Assembly (NCBI GenBank): GCA_040389865.1
Contig: JAZJZM010000025.1
Location: forward strand, 4,421-68,420
Origin: Bacteroidota bacterium
Lineage (GTDB): Bacteria > Bacteroidota > Bacteroidia > 2-12-FULL-35-15
Length of the DNA stretch: 64,000 nt
Direction of reading: 5' to 3'
Of this stretch, positions 8,270 through 18,122 are shown one piece after another. Both the position numbers and the translations under genes were made by a program. How positions within the stretch are numbered: the stretch's first letter is position 1; every line of letters begins with the position of its first letter. A model generated the notes under the pieces. That model worked only from the letters and a program-made list of their open reading frames with translations, ran no database searches and was not told the DNA's origin.

Positions 8270-11143
8270 CTATCGATTACAGATCCCTTTAAAAGCGCAG
8301 TATTCGCAATTATTAATGTCGGTGGTTTGTTTAAATTCAATTTCGGGATTGAATATTTCAGAAAGTATATTTTTTAATTGTTCTTCGAATTTATTTAAAA
8401 TGGGCAGATTCAATAGATCGTTATTATTTATTTTAACGGTTTTTAATCCCGCACTTAACTCCCGAAAGGTAATAATTCCTGAAACCATATTATCCAGTAT
8501 AGCCGGATTCATCTTTTGATACATCCATGCATACATCAATAATTGAAAGCTTTTTGCAAGTGTGCTATCCGTTTGTATGTTGCTCCATTCCTCCAGCTTT
8601 AATTCTTTATTATCAGCAATACCCGTTTTGTAATCAATGATACGCGTGAGACTACCAACATTATCAATACGATCGGCATTACCGTGCAATTTTATTGTTT
8701 GATCGTTAATAGTTAATGTGGTTTCAAGTTTCTGTTCCAGATTTTTTATGATAAGAGGGGTGCTATCTTTCTCATATTTACTAATGGCGTTCATTTCAGA
8801 ATCCAAAAAATTATTGAGGAATTTTAATGCCACCTTGATCGTCAATAAATTTTTTCCATAACTTATTTCAGTTTTGCTGTACTCCTTTTCAAAAACACTG
8901 ATGGTAAGTGTTTCCACCTGCTTTTTTAGTTCTTTAATATCGGCTGCGTTTATTTTTTTTCCAATAAAAGGCTGATAGAGTGTTTCCAGCACTTCGTGAA
9001 TGGTATTACCCAAGGTATCAGCACCAATAGTTTCTTCCACTTCCTCTGCTTCTCTTAATCCGGCAATTGCCTGAAAATAAAACTGCAAAGAACAATTGCG
9101 GTAGGTATTTAAAAGAGAGGGAGAAAAACCTTTCGCAGCTTTTGTATTTAATTTTTCAATGATAGCAGCTGTTTTTGATATGCTGATCACATTTCCTGTA
9201 TTATCAACATTTACCGGAATGTTAACCAGTTTTTCTTCGATCACTACATTCTTATTTACTTTTGGTAGCTCGTGGATCAACTGCGTTAAAAAACGACTTT
9301 TTTCTCCACTGCCAAGCGCATCACTCTCAGTATTATAAAGCAAATAAATATTTTTTGCCCGTTGGATCAAACGATAAAAATGGTAGGCAAAAATCGCATC
9401 TTTATCATTGTAGGTGGGCAATCCGAAATAGCGTTTTAATTCAAAAGGTATAAAAGAATTCATTGTTTTACCGGATGGTAAAATATCTTCGTTACAGGAT
9501 AAAAGAATAATATTTTCGAAATCAAGTGTACGCGTCTCAAGCATTCCCATCACTTGTAAACCCATTAAAGGCTCCCCATAAAAGGGCAAGGTTGTGCTTC
9601 TTACAATTTGTTTGAGAATGTTCTGCAATGTTTTCAGATCAACGATACTACCCGGATAATCAATCATCAGCGCTTGTATGCGTTTTATTATTTTGGTGAA
9701 AGCAAACAAATATTCCAATTCAAGACTTGCATTATTTTTTGATGAATTCCCTTGTTGTGCAACTATGGCATTTTTTAAGGTGTCAATTAAATAATGTACA
9801 CAAGCAATGGCATCAGCAGGAGTTTGCCAATGTTTAAATAAGGGCCTTAAAATATCAAGCGTATCTTCCTGTTTTTCAGTGATTATTTTTTCGAGCGTAG
9901 AAAATGCAGCGAATACAATATTTCTATCCTGAATTGCCTTTATAACAGGCTTAACAGAGTTGTGATGGTCTTTATTAAAAATTAAAATAGTACTGAACGG
10001 ATGGCTCAATAGTTTTAACAGATCTTTATGATAAAAACTATATTTCTCTTTTCCCTGGCTTAGTTTTATAGCATTAGTATGCAGATTAAAAACAAGGTCG
10101 AAATATCCTGCAATAGGCGTATTCTTTAAGGGATAACCCATTGTTACATTTATATCCTCAATATTTTCAGGGAGTGAATGTAAAACGGGGAACAACAAAT
10201 TTTCATCCGCAAGCACTAATGCCGTATTTTGCAGGCTGGCGTATTGCTTTTGAAATGCGGCTATTAAATTTCCTGCAACCTTGGCCTGTGCTACATTTTT
10301 TGCAGCACCAATAATGGTGATGTGTTTATCTTCAGTGGAAAGCTGGTTTTCCTCAAATACAATATTTTTGCCGGGAATCTTTTTAAAGCTTCCGTGATTA
10401 TCATATTTACGAATGAACTTGCCGGCTTCCTGCCTGGTATCATTTATATAATAACTATCGGTATCCCATATAATTTCAGCTTTACCAAGGTCCAACAGTT
10501 TTTCAATGATCTGTTCTTCCGCCTTATTTAGGGCGTTAAAACCGGCAAAAATTATTTTTTTCCAGGGGTGTTTATTTATTCTTTCCTCAATAGTGGAAGC
10601 AACTATTTTATATGCCAATCCCTGGTAGGCCTGATGTTTATCAAGTAACCTTTTATTAAAATCAAAATAGTAAGTTCCTAACGACTGCCAGAAACTCAGG
10701 TATTGTTGTTGAAAATCAGTAAGCACCTCCTCGCTATTCAAACTCCAGGCTTCAAGCTCTTTTATATCTTTTAAATTTCCAAACAATTGTGTTCCATCCA
10801 CCAAATAGCGGTCGATCTCATTCAGATCACTTAATAAGATCTGGCCCCATTTACTGAATTCATCAAAGCTCTCTACTTCATTTTTATTGACATTTTTTAC
10901 TGTTTCATATAATTCAAATAACAAGGTAGTAGAATCTGCAATTTCTAATTCGGCAAGTAGTGCAACAAAATCCTCGGTTGCATAAATTTCGGGACTCCAG
11001 AATGTTTTTTTGAGATTGTTTGCAAAGTGGGTTTTCAAAAACAATCCTGCTCTTCGGTTGGGAAGGACAATACATAATTCACTTATGTCGTCTCCATATT
11101 TTTCACACAGATGTTTTACCGTTTTTTCGAGGAAGGATTGCAT
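8270..11143 (-). CDS. AddB/RexB-like PD-(D/E)XK nuclease with inactivated helicase domain
   Basis: VLPNRRA start, LQVMGMLETR, FSPSLL..YRNC, ADRID...IIDYKTG, FQLLMY, terminal CEYCAFKGIC (Fe-S cysteines). Confidence 0.88.
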   Translation of the reverse strand: MQSFLEKTVKHLCEKYGDDISELCIVLPNRRAGLFLKTHFANNLKKTFWSPEIYATEDFVALLAELEIADSTTLLFELYETVKNVNKNEVESFDEFSKWGQILLSDLNEIDRYLVDGTQLFGNLKDIKELEAWSLNSEEVLTDFQQQYLSFWQSLGTYYFDFNKRLLDKHQAYQGLAYKIVASTIEERINKHPWKKIIFAGFNALNKAEEQIIEKLLDLGKAEIIWDTDSYYINDTRQEAGKFIRKYDNHGSFKKIPGKNIVFEENQLSTEDKHITIIGAAKNVAQAKVAGNLIAAFQKQYASLQNTALVLADENLLFPVLHSLPENIEDINVTMGYPLKNTPIAGYFDLVFNLHTNAIKLSQGKEKYSFYHKDLLKLLSHPFSTILIFNKDHHNSVKPVIKAIQDRNIVFAAFSTLEKIITEKQEDTLDILRPLFKHWQTPADAIACVHYLIDTLKNAIVAQQGNSSKNNASLELEYLFAFTKIIKRIQALMIDYPGSIVDLKTLQNILKQIVRSTTLPFYGEPLMGLQVMGMLETRTLDFENIILLSCNEDILPSGKTMNSFIPFELKRYFGLPTYNDKDAIFAYHFYRLIQRAKNIYLLYNTESDALGSGEKSRFLTQLIHELPKVNKNVVIEEKLVNIPVNVDNTGNVISISKTAAIIEKLNTKAAKGFSPSLLNTYRNCSLQFYFQAIAGLREAEEVEETIGADTLGNTIHEVLETLYQPFIGKKINAADIKELKKQVETLTISVFEKEYSKTEISYGKNLLTIKVALKFLNNFLDSEMNAISKYEKDSTPLIIKNLEQKLETTLTINDQTIKLHGNADRIDNVGSLTRIIDYKTGIADNKELKLEEWSNIQTDSTLAKSFQLLMYAWMYQKMNPAILDNMVSGIITFRELSAGLKTVKINNNDLLNLPILNKFEEQLKNILSEIFNPEIEFKQTTDINNCEYCAFKGICNR

Positions 11144-11263
11144 GGAACGAAATTAAGGATTATAAATTGAAAAGTGTTTTATACTTTTTAGGATTATACA
11201 ATTAATATTAGCTTATATTTGAAAGAGAAACATAGTTAATATTTATAAATTAAACTGACAAAT

Positions 11264-12013
11264 ATGTTAAATAAAAACAAACAGACTAAATTATTTAATT
11301 CTTTAAAAAAATATTCTAAGCAATATTTAAATAAAAAATTAATTGAATTAGATGAGTCAGGTACTAGATTAATGGTTAATTCATTTTTAACGGATGTATT
11401 AGGTTTTATACCAATCGATGAAATTAAAACTGAGTATATGATTAGAGGAACATATGCTGACTATGTAATACAAATCAAAGGCAACAGAAAATTTTTAGTG
11501 GAAGTCAAAGCCTTATCATTTAACCTTTCTGACAAGCACTTGCGACAAGCAATCAACTACGGAGCAAATGAAGGCATTGAATGGGCACTTTTAACTAATG
11601 GAAAATGTTTTGATTTCTATAAAATTATTTTTGGCAAACCAATTGATTATAGAAAGGTATTTTCGCTTGACCTAAGCAATTCTAGCTCACTTAAATCAAG
11701 TGTAGAATTCCTACAACACATACACAAAGATGGTATGGCAAACAAAGGACTTGAAATGCTTTGGAATAAATGTATTGCTTTAGACCCTGCAAATGTTGCC
11801 GGATTTTTGTATGCTCCAACTGTAGCTAATTTCATAAAAAAATCACTTAGACTTAAATACAAACACAAATTTTCAGACGAAGAAATTAAGACTGCCATTA
11901 ATAAAATTATTTATGAGGCAATTCAATTAGATAATGTAAAACATAAAAAGATAAAAAAATTAAAACCTAAAGAAAAAGCTCCAATTGTGTCATCTATTGT
12001 ACCCATAGGTTAG
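11264..12013 (+). CDS. Stand-alone type I restriction HsdR N-terminal-like nuclease domain protein
   Basis: ESGTR...FLTDVLG, EY, ADYVI, LVEVK, QAINY, WALLTNG motifs. Confidence 0.75.
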   Translation: MLNKNKQTKLFNSLKKYSKQYLNKKLIELDESGTRLMVNSFLTDVLGFIPIDEIKTEYMIRGTYADYVIQIKGNRKFLVEVKALSFNLSDKHLRQAINYGANEGIEWALLTNGKCFDFYKIIFGKPIDYRKVFSLDLSNSSSLKSSVEFLQHIHKDGMANKGLEMLWNKCIALDPANVAGFLYAPTVANFIKKSLRLKYKHKFSDEEIKTAINKIIYEAIQLDNVKHKKIKKLKPKEKAPIVSSIVPIG

Positions 12014-12037
12014 CAATAAACTAAATTTATCCGCGCA

Positions 12038-12703
12038 ATGACTAATTTTGAGCAAAAAGAAGAAAGCCTTAATTTCCTAAATATTTTAATTATAATTCTC
12101 TCATTTTATGTATTGGGAGCTTTATTGGTAGATACCTTTTTTAAACTATCGATCGAAATTTCAAAAATTTTAAATTATATAGACAACGTAATTTGTGGTG
12201 TATTTCTATTTGATTTTATTGTTCGTTTTAAAAAGGCGGAAAATAAGTTGCAATTCATGAAATGGGGATGGATAGATTTAATCGCCAGCATTCCAACTTT
12301 AGATTTCATGCGTGCAGGTCGGCTTTTAAGATTAATTAGATTAATAAGAATTATAAGGGCTTTTCGTTCAATAAGGCACATTGTTCAACACATATTTAAG
12401 AACAAAGTACAAGGAACTTTAACTTCCGTTTCTATAATTGCGGTTTTGGTCCTTTTATTTTCTTCAATCTTAATCTTGCAGTTTGAAACTGATCCCACAA
12501 GTAATATTAAAACTGCCGAAGATGCATTATGGTGGTCCTATGTTACCATAACTACTGTTGGTTACGGAGACAAATATCCTGTGACTACTGAAGGACGGAT
12601 TATTGCGGCAATATTAATGACAGTGGGCGTTGGGCTTTTCGGCACATTTACAGCTTATATTTCATCTTGGTTTGTTAAAGATAACCAAGAGACAATAAAA
12701 TAA
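12038..12703 (+). CDS. Six-TM voltage-gated-type potassium channel without RCK domain
   Basis: Selectivity filter TTVGYGD; S4 Arg repeat RAGRLLRLIRLIRIIRAFR. Confidence 0.92.
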   Translation: MTNFEQKEESLNFLNILIIILSFYVLGALLVDTFFKLSIEISKILNYIDNVICGVFLFDFIVRFKKAENKLQFMKWGWIDLIASIPTLDFMRAGRLLRLIRLIRIIRAFRSIRHIVQHIFKNKVQGTLTSVSIIAVLVLLFSSILILQFETDPTSNIKTAEDALWWSYVTITTVGYGDKYPVTTEGRIIAAILMTVGVGLFGTFTAYISSWFVKDNQETIK

Positions 12704-12773
12704 ATAGAAAATAAAATAGCCTTGCGTAGAAGTTTAGCGCACTTTCTGTTAAAAATAAAACATATTGGAAAAC

Positions 12774-15281
12774 TTACACCCTCACTCCAATCACCAACAT
12801 ATCATCAATTTGCTCCCTATCACCTTTCCAATCATAAATTACCTGCTCCAATGTTTGTGCTTGCTCTTCCATGCTTTGGTGGTGAATATCAAGCAGTAAT
12901 TGACGGAAGGGGTGATAGAAAAACTTTTGATTATCGGGGCCTCCTTTCTGATCGGCATATCCATCAGAAAAAACATAAAAACAATCACCTTTTTCCAATT
13001 TTATGGTATGGTTGGTAAATGGTGCCGAATTCGCTAATGAAATACCAATCGCTCTATTATTCGCTTTTGTTTCAGTGATCCCTCCATTTCTAACCAGGTT
13101 CAAAGAATTGTGTGCTCCGGCAAATTCCAGTTCATACTTTTCATAATTGATCTTACACAATGCAATGTCCATCCCTTCTTTGATCGATCCTACTTCATCC
13201 GTTTGTTTTAAAGAGTTTACAACCAGCTTACTTAATTCATCTAAAATCAATGCCGGTTGATATATTTTATTTTCTTTTACTATTTGTTCCAATAAATTAA
13301 ATCCCATGATACTCATAAAGGCCCCTGGCACTCCATGTCCTGTGCAATCCACAGCCGCTAAAAGTATTTGATCATCGTCAATGGCACTAGCCCAATAAAA
13401 ATCCCCGCTTACAATATCTTTGGGCCTGAAAAATATAAATGAATCAGGTATAATGCTGCTTATCATTATTTGTGTAGGCAGGATAGCTTGCTGAATCCGC
13501 AGCGCATAGTTGATACTATCGGTTATCTTCAGATTTTTTTCTTCCAGTAATTCTTTTTGTTTTTCAATTTCTGCTGTCCTGATTTTTATCTCGCTCTCCA
13601 TATTATCGTACAAACGCGCATTATCCAAGGCGATGGCAACATAAGAAGCCAGAGTTTGAAGAATTTCAAGATGATTTTGGGTATAGGTATTTTTCCTTGG
13701 ACTCTGCACACTTATTAATCCAACGAATTTCTCTTCAATTACCAAAGGCAAACATATCACCGATTCTAACAATAATTTTCCATCTCCCGTATATGAATCT
13801 AAATTAGAAATGTATTTAGAATATTCATTCTGCATATCATTGATAAATACAACCTTTTTATTTTCAGCACACCAAACCGATAAACGATTTTTATCATCCA
13901 TCGAAACCCAGGTATCCAGGTCGGATGACATTCTTTTTGATTCATAGTAATAAAAACTAAAATCAATAGATTGCTTTTGCTGATTGTAAATCCCTATTCC
14001 GAATTCTGTTGCATCCATCAAAGAGTTTACTTTTTCATAAACTGTGTCAAGCACTTTTTCAAAATTTAAAGTAGAAGTGATCTCCTGCCCTATTTCACTC
14101 AATACCTGAATATTATTATAGGTTTTTTCGATCTCTTCATTTTTCTTCACTAATTCGATGGTACGTTCTTTCACCTTTTCCTCCAGGTTCTCATACAGTT
14201 TTGCATTTTCTATTGCAATAGCCACATAAACAGCCAGGTTTTTAAGGATATTCAGATGAGAGGAAGTATAGGCGTTTTTATGAAAACTTTCCACATTGAT
14301 AACTCCTACCACGTTGTGATTGAAAAACAAGGGCAGATAAATAAGTGATTCCGGATGTTCCCCTGCTATTGGAGCAGGGATAAAGGGTATATACTGATTA
14401 AATTCTTTTTGCAGATCGTTGATTATAATTTCCTGATGATTTTTAAAACACAATACAGGAAATCGGCTGTCGTCATCAAGGTTATAGGAGCTATTGTATT
14501 TTTTTCCTTTTTCAAGAAAGCCCGGAAAATCAATACTGTTGTTTAATTTATTGTGAATACCGATACAAAAAACATCAGCATCCATTAATTTATTTATACT
14601 GCCGTATGTTTTTTCTATAATTGTTTCAATAGAAAGAGAAGAAGTAATTTTCTGACCTATTTCCCGCAGTATGGAAATATTTTTTTGCGATCGTTCAAGT
14701 TCAAGATACTGCGCGCTTAATTGTTCTTCAATTTTTTTCCGTTCGCTAATATCGGTGTCAATCACTACCAATTTTTTAATATTGCCAGCTTTATCTATTA
14801 TAGGTGTAAGGGTGCTTTGTATCCACCTTTCGCCTCCATCCTTAGTCGTATTTAATAGCTGGTAGGTAGAAGATTTTTTATTTTTTATGCTTTGATTTAT
14901 GATGTGTTTTATATCCGGATTGGAACTTAACTCTTCTATGGTATTACCACGTTTTTTCAATTCTTCAAACGTATAACCGATCAACCGGGTGAGTCCTGCA
15001 TTAGACCATTCTATTTCACCATTGGGACCGCAGATCAATACACCATTATCTGTTTCTCTTGCAACAATGGATAGTTGTTCGAGCTCCTCATTAAGCCGCT
15101 TTTTTTGTCGGAAACTTCGAAAAATAAATACAGATAAAACAAGTACCAGCAATAAAAATCCTGCGACCCAAAGTGGATCAATACTAATGGTATTGGGGAT
15201 GCTATTAGTAACCGACTGAGCTTCTAAACCAATAGATAATATAAGGAGTGTAGATAAAAGAAGGCTCTGAATTATTTTCAT
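12774..15281 (-). CDS. Membrane-anchored PAS-GAF-GAF-SpoIIE (PP2C) phosphatase
   Basis: PAS (WSNAGLTRLIGY...DISERK), two GAF-like repeats ending AIAIENAKLY / AIALDNARLY, PKDIVSGDFYW, VDCTGHGVPGA. Confidence 0.9.
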   Translation of the reverse strand: MKIIQSLLLSTLLILSIGLEAQSVTNSIPNTISIDPLWVAGFLLLVLVLSVFIFRSFRQKKRLNEELEQLSIVARETDNGVLICGPNGEIEWSNAGLTRLIGYTFEELKKRGNTIEELSSNPDIKHIINQSIKNKKSSTYQLLNTTKDGGERWIQSTLTPIIDKAGNIKKLVVIDTDISERKKIEEQLSAQYLELERSQKNISILREIGQKITSSLSIETIIEKTYGSINKLMDADVFCIGIHNKLNNSIDFPGFLEKGKKYNSSYNLDDDSRFPVLCFKNHQEIIINDLQKEFNQYIPFIPAPIAGEHPESLIYLPLFFNHNVVGVINVESFHKNAYTSSHLNILKNLAVYVAIAIENAKLYENLEEKVKERTIELVKKNEEIEKTYNNIQVLSEIGQEITSTLNFEKVLDTVYEKVNSLMDATEFGIGIYNQQKQSIDFSFYYYESKRMSSDLDTWVSMDDKNRLSVWCAENKKVVFINDMQNEYSKYISNLDSYTGDGKLLLESVICLPLVIEEKFVGLISVQSPRKNTYTQNHLEILQTLASYVAIALDNARLYDNMESEIKIRTAEIEKQKELLEEKNLKITDSINYALRIQQAILPTQIMISSIIPDSFIFFRPKDIVSGDFYWASAIDDDQILLAAVDCTGHGVPGAFMSIMGFNLLEQIVKENKIYQPALILDELSKLVVNSLKQTDEVGSIKEGMDIALCKINYEKYELEFAGAHNSLNLVRNGGITETKANNRAIGISLANSAPFTNHTIKLEKGDCFYVFSDGYADQKGGPDNQKFFYHPFRQLLLDIHHQSMEEQAQTLEQVIYDWKGDREQIDDMLVIGVRV

Positions 15282-15337
15282 AAATACTATGTTCTCTTAT
15301 CTTATATAACAAGGAGTTTGGAAATAAAATTTATTAT

Positions 15338-16882
15338 TTACATCAAACTTTGCAATACCTTTTTGATACTCACTTTATCATCAATGATCTGTTGTAATTT
15401 ATCAATTGCTACGCGCTCTTGAAGCATCGTATCGCGGTAACGAATGGTTACGGTATTATCTTCTAATGATTGATGATCGATGGTGATACAAAAAGGTGTT
15501 CCAATAGCATCTTGTCTGCGGTAACGTTTACCGATGGTATCTTTTTCATCAAAAGCGCACGCATGCTCACACTTCAATACATTCATTATTTCACGGGCCT
15601 TTTCAGGCAAACCGTCTTTTTTTAACAAAGGCAATACTGCCACTTTTATTGGAGCCAGGAAAGCCGGAATATTAAGTGCAACACGTATGGTACCATCATC
15701 CAGTTTTTCTTCAACATATGCTTTAGATAGAACAGATAAGAACAAACGATCCAGGCCTACTGATGTTTCAACTACATAAGGCACATAGTTTTGATTTAAT
15801 TCCGGGTCGAAGTATTGTAATTTTTTTCCGGAATGTTGTTCATGCGCTTTTAGATCGAAATCGGTACGACTGTGAATACCTTCTAATTCTTTGAATCCGA
15901 AAGGGAAATTAAATTCAATATCGCATGCTGCATTGGCATAATGTGCAAGCTTTAAATGATCGTGGAAACGATAGTTGGTTTCACCCAAACCAAGAGTACT
16001 GTGCCATTTCATACGAGCACCTTTCCAGTAGTTATACCATTCCATTTCGGTACCTGGCCGAACAAAAAATTGCATTTCCATTTGTTCAAATTCACGCATA
16101 CGAAAAATGAATTGACGTGCTACGATCTCATTACGGAAAGCCTTTCCGGTTTGTGCAATACCAAAAGGAATTTTCATTCTTCCTGATTTTTGTACATTTA
16201 AAAAATTTACAAAAATGCCTTGTGCTGTTTCGGGGCGAAGATAAATAACATTGGAATCCTCAGTCACTGCGCCCATTGAAGTACTGAACATTAAATTGAA
16301 CTGACGTACTTCTGTCCAGTTTTTTGTACCGGAAATCGGACAAACAATTTCGCAATCAATAATGATCTGACGAACTTCTTCCAAATTATTTTTTTCCAAA
16401 GCATCTTTAAAACGGCCCAGGATTAAATCGATCTTCGTTTGATTTTCCAGCACGCGTGCATTGGTTGCTTTGAATTGCGCTTCGTCAAACGATGCTCCAA
16501 AGCGCTCTTTTGCTTTATCTACTTCTTTTTGAATTTTCGCTTCTATCTTTGCAACATGCTCTTCAATTAACACATCGGCACGATAGCGCTTTTTACTGTC
16601 CTTATTATCGATCAAGGGATCATTAAATGCATCCACATGTCCGGAAGCTTTCCAGGTGGTAGGATGCATAAATATAGCAGCATCAATACCTACAATATTT
16701 TCATGCATTTGCACCATTGCTTTCCACCAAAACTCACGCAGATTTTTTTTGAGCTCAACCCCCATTTGTCCGTAATCATAAACGGCACTTAAGCCATCAT
16801 AAATTTCACTGCTTTGAAAAATAAATCCATACTCTTTAGAGTGGGAAATAATGTTTTTAAAAATATCTTCTTGATTTGCCAT
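15338..16882 (-). CDS. glyQS: Glycine--tRNA ligase (homodimeric type)
   Basis: YLRPETAQG, GKAFRNEI, FRMREFEQME, IGKRYRRQDAIGTP. Confidence 0.97.
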   Translation of the reverse strand: MANQEDIFKNIISHSKEYGFIFQSSEIYDGLSAVYDYGQMGVELKKNLREFWWKAMVQMHENIVGIDAAIFMHPTTWKASGHVDAFNDPLIDNKDSKKRYRADVLIEEHVAKIEAKIQKEVDKAKERFGASFDEAQFKATNARVLENQTKIDLILGRFKDALEKNNLEEVRQIIIDCEIVCPISGTKNWTEVRQFNLMFSTSMGAVTEDSNVIYLRPETAQGIFVNFLNVQKSGRMKIPFGIAQTGKAFRNEIVARQFIFRMREFEQMEMQFFVRPGTEMEWYNYWKGARMKWHSTLGLGETNYRFHDHLKLAHYANAACDIEFNFPFGFKELEGIHSRTDFDLKAHEQHSGKKLQYFDPELNQNYVPYVVETSVGLDRLFLSVLSKAYVEEKLDDGTIRVALNIPAFLAPIKVAVLPLLKKDGLPEKAREIMNVLKCEHACAFDEKDTIGKRYRRQDAIGTPFCITIDHQSLEDNTVTIRYRDTMLQERVAIDKLQQIIDDKVSIKKVLQSLM

Positions 16883-17054
16883 TACTACGAATTACGAATT
16901 TGTTATGTTGATTTAAGGATAACGAAAGTACTACTAATTTAGAAATTACTAAGAGCCTGTTTAAATTTCATTCATTATTTTTTATGCAGAAGCCTCCGAC
17001 TCGGTTTCAAACCCTGTTAGAGGTAAAAAGCGTAGTTTAAAAGCCCAATTATTT

Positions 17055-17092
17055 ACCCCTAACAGATTCTTCTTTGAAGAACCTGTCAGGGT
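17055..17092. repeat. CCTAACAG/CTGTCAGG palindromic repeat
   Basis: ACCCCTAACAGATTCTTCTTTGAAGAACCTGTCAGGGT; related hairpin at 21156-21189. Confidence 0.6.
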
Positions 17093-17247
17093 GGATCAGT
17101 TTTTATTTGTAATTATCTTTATTAGTAGGACTTTTAGATTTAAATGAAAATCGCAATGTAAAGGTACGTGGGGATTCAATTTTAAGAGGACGTAATAAAC
17201 AAATCTATTATTTTTTAAGACAAGGCAAGGCAAGAAAATTAAACATT

Positions 17248-18111
17248 TTACTGTGGAGGCAAAATGGTATCATACGTGCAGCCAAAACCACCCCATACGC
17301 CCAATCCACCACCATTGATATTACTAATAATACTTACCGGTGATGAAAAAGGATTGCCGTTGGTTTGCAAAGCCGCCTCGTAGGTAGTGTAGAACTTAGC
17401 AGTATAATAATCGATGGTGCAAAATTTTATATAAATGGTATCTGTTATTTTGAAAAAGCCTACTTCTGATAATGTAGGAGGGGCCACAGCCTGATCATTC
17501 GGATCGGTACCACGGTTATACGCGAAATCAAAACTTTTTCCATCAATAAATTTATCATCGAAGCTGGAAGCATAAGGCGAAATAAAACGTCTGTCTTTTG
17601 TTTCACGTTTTGCAAACCATTTATAGGCATTGCCATATCCGGCAGGCTCAGATAAATGCGCCCAAGCGTATCCAAGACTATCTCTTGGAGGTTCCGCTTT
17701 CCACCAAACCGAATCTAAGGCTACAGGCTCGGGAATAGTAGTAATGGATGTAAATGTTTTACCATCGGCAATCACCGTTAAATAATACGTTTGATGAGGA
17801 GCTCCAATAACCAATGATCCTGTGTAAACCAATGGGAAAGATGCAAAAGAGTCAATACTTAATACTAAGGTGTCGGTAATAACTCCATTGGAAACATACA
17901 CTTTTGCATCCGTTACTAAAATAGAATTCACATCTATCGTTTGTGATAAGGGGCTGTTGCGGGTAACAATTACTTTAGCCGGCTGACCATTTTCAATACT
18001 GCCTTCTATCACAATTTTTTTTTCTCCACCAACTACAGTAAGGTTTATATCCTCCGTGCAACTAGCAAGAAACATTAATGATGCAATGGAACATAAAATT
18101 AATTTTTTCAT
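17248..18111 (-). CDS. DUF4249-like lipoprotein, partner of upstream TonB-dependent receptor
   Basis: Lipobox LASC, KIVIEGSI, VALDSV, SNINGGGLGVWGG; directly downstream of the TBDR. Confidence 0.85.
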   Translation of the reverse strand: MKKLILCSIASLMFLASCTEDINLTVVGGEKKIVIEGSIENGQPAKVIVTRNSPLSQTIDVNSILVTDAKVYVSNGVITDTLVLSIDSFASFPLVYTGSLVIGAPHQTYYLTVIADGKTFTSITTIPEPVALDSVWWKAEPPRDSLGYAWAHLSEPAGYGNAYKWFAKRETKDRRFISPYASSFDDKFIDGKSFDFAYNRGTDPNDQAVAPPTLSEVGFFKITDTIYIKFCTIDYYTAKFYTTYEAALQTNGNPFSSPVSIISNINGGGLGVWGGFGCTYDTILPPQ

Positions 18112-18122
18112 ATTTATTGCAT

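Noticed and set aside
8270-11143. Cas4 or defence nuclease; missing addA as an anomaly
   Set aside because: Length and motifs fit an AddB-like repair subunit, and an unlinked addA is not evidence of anything unusual
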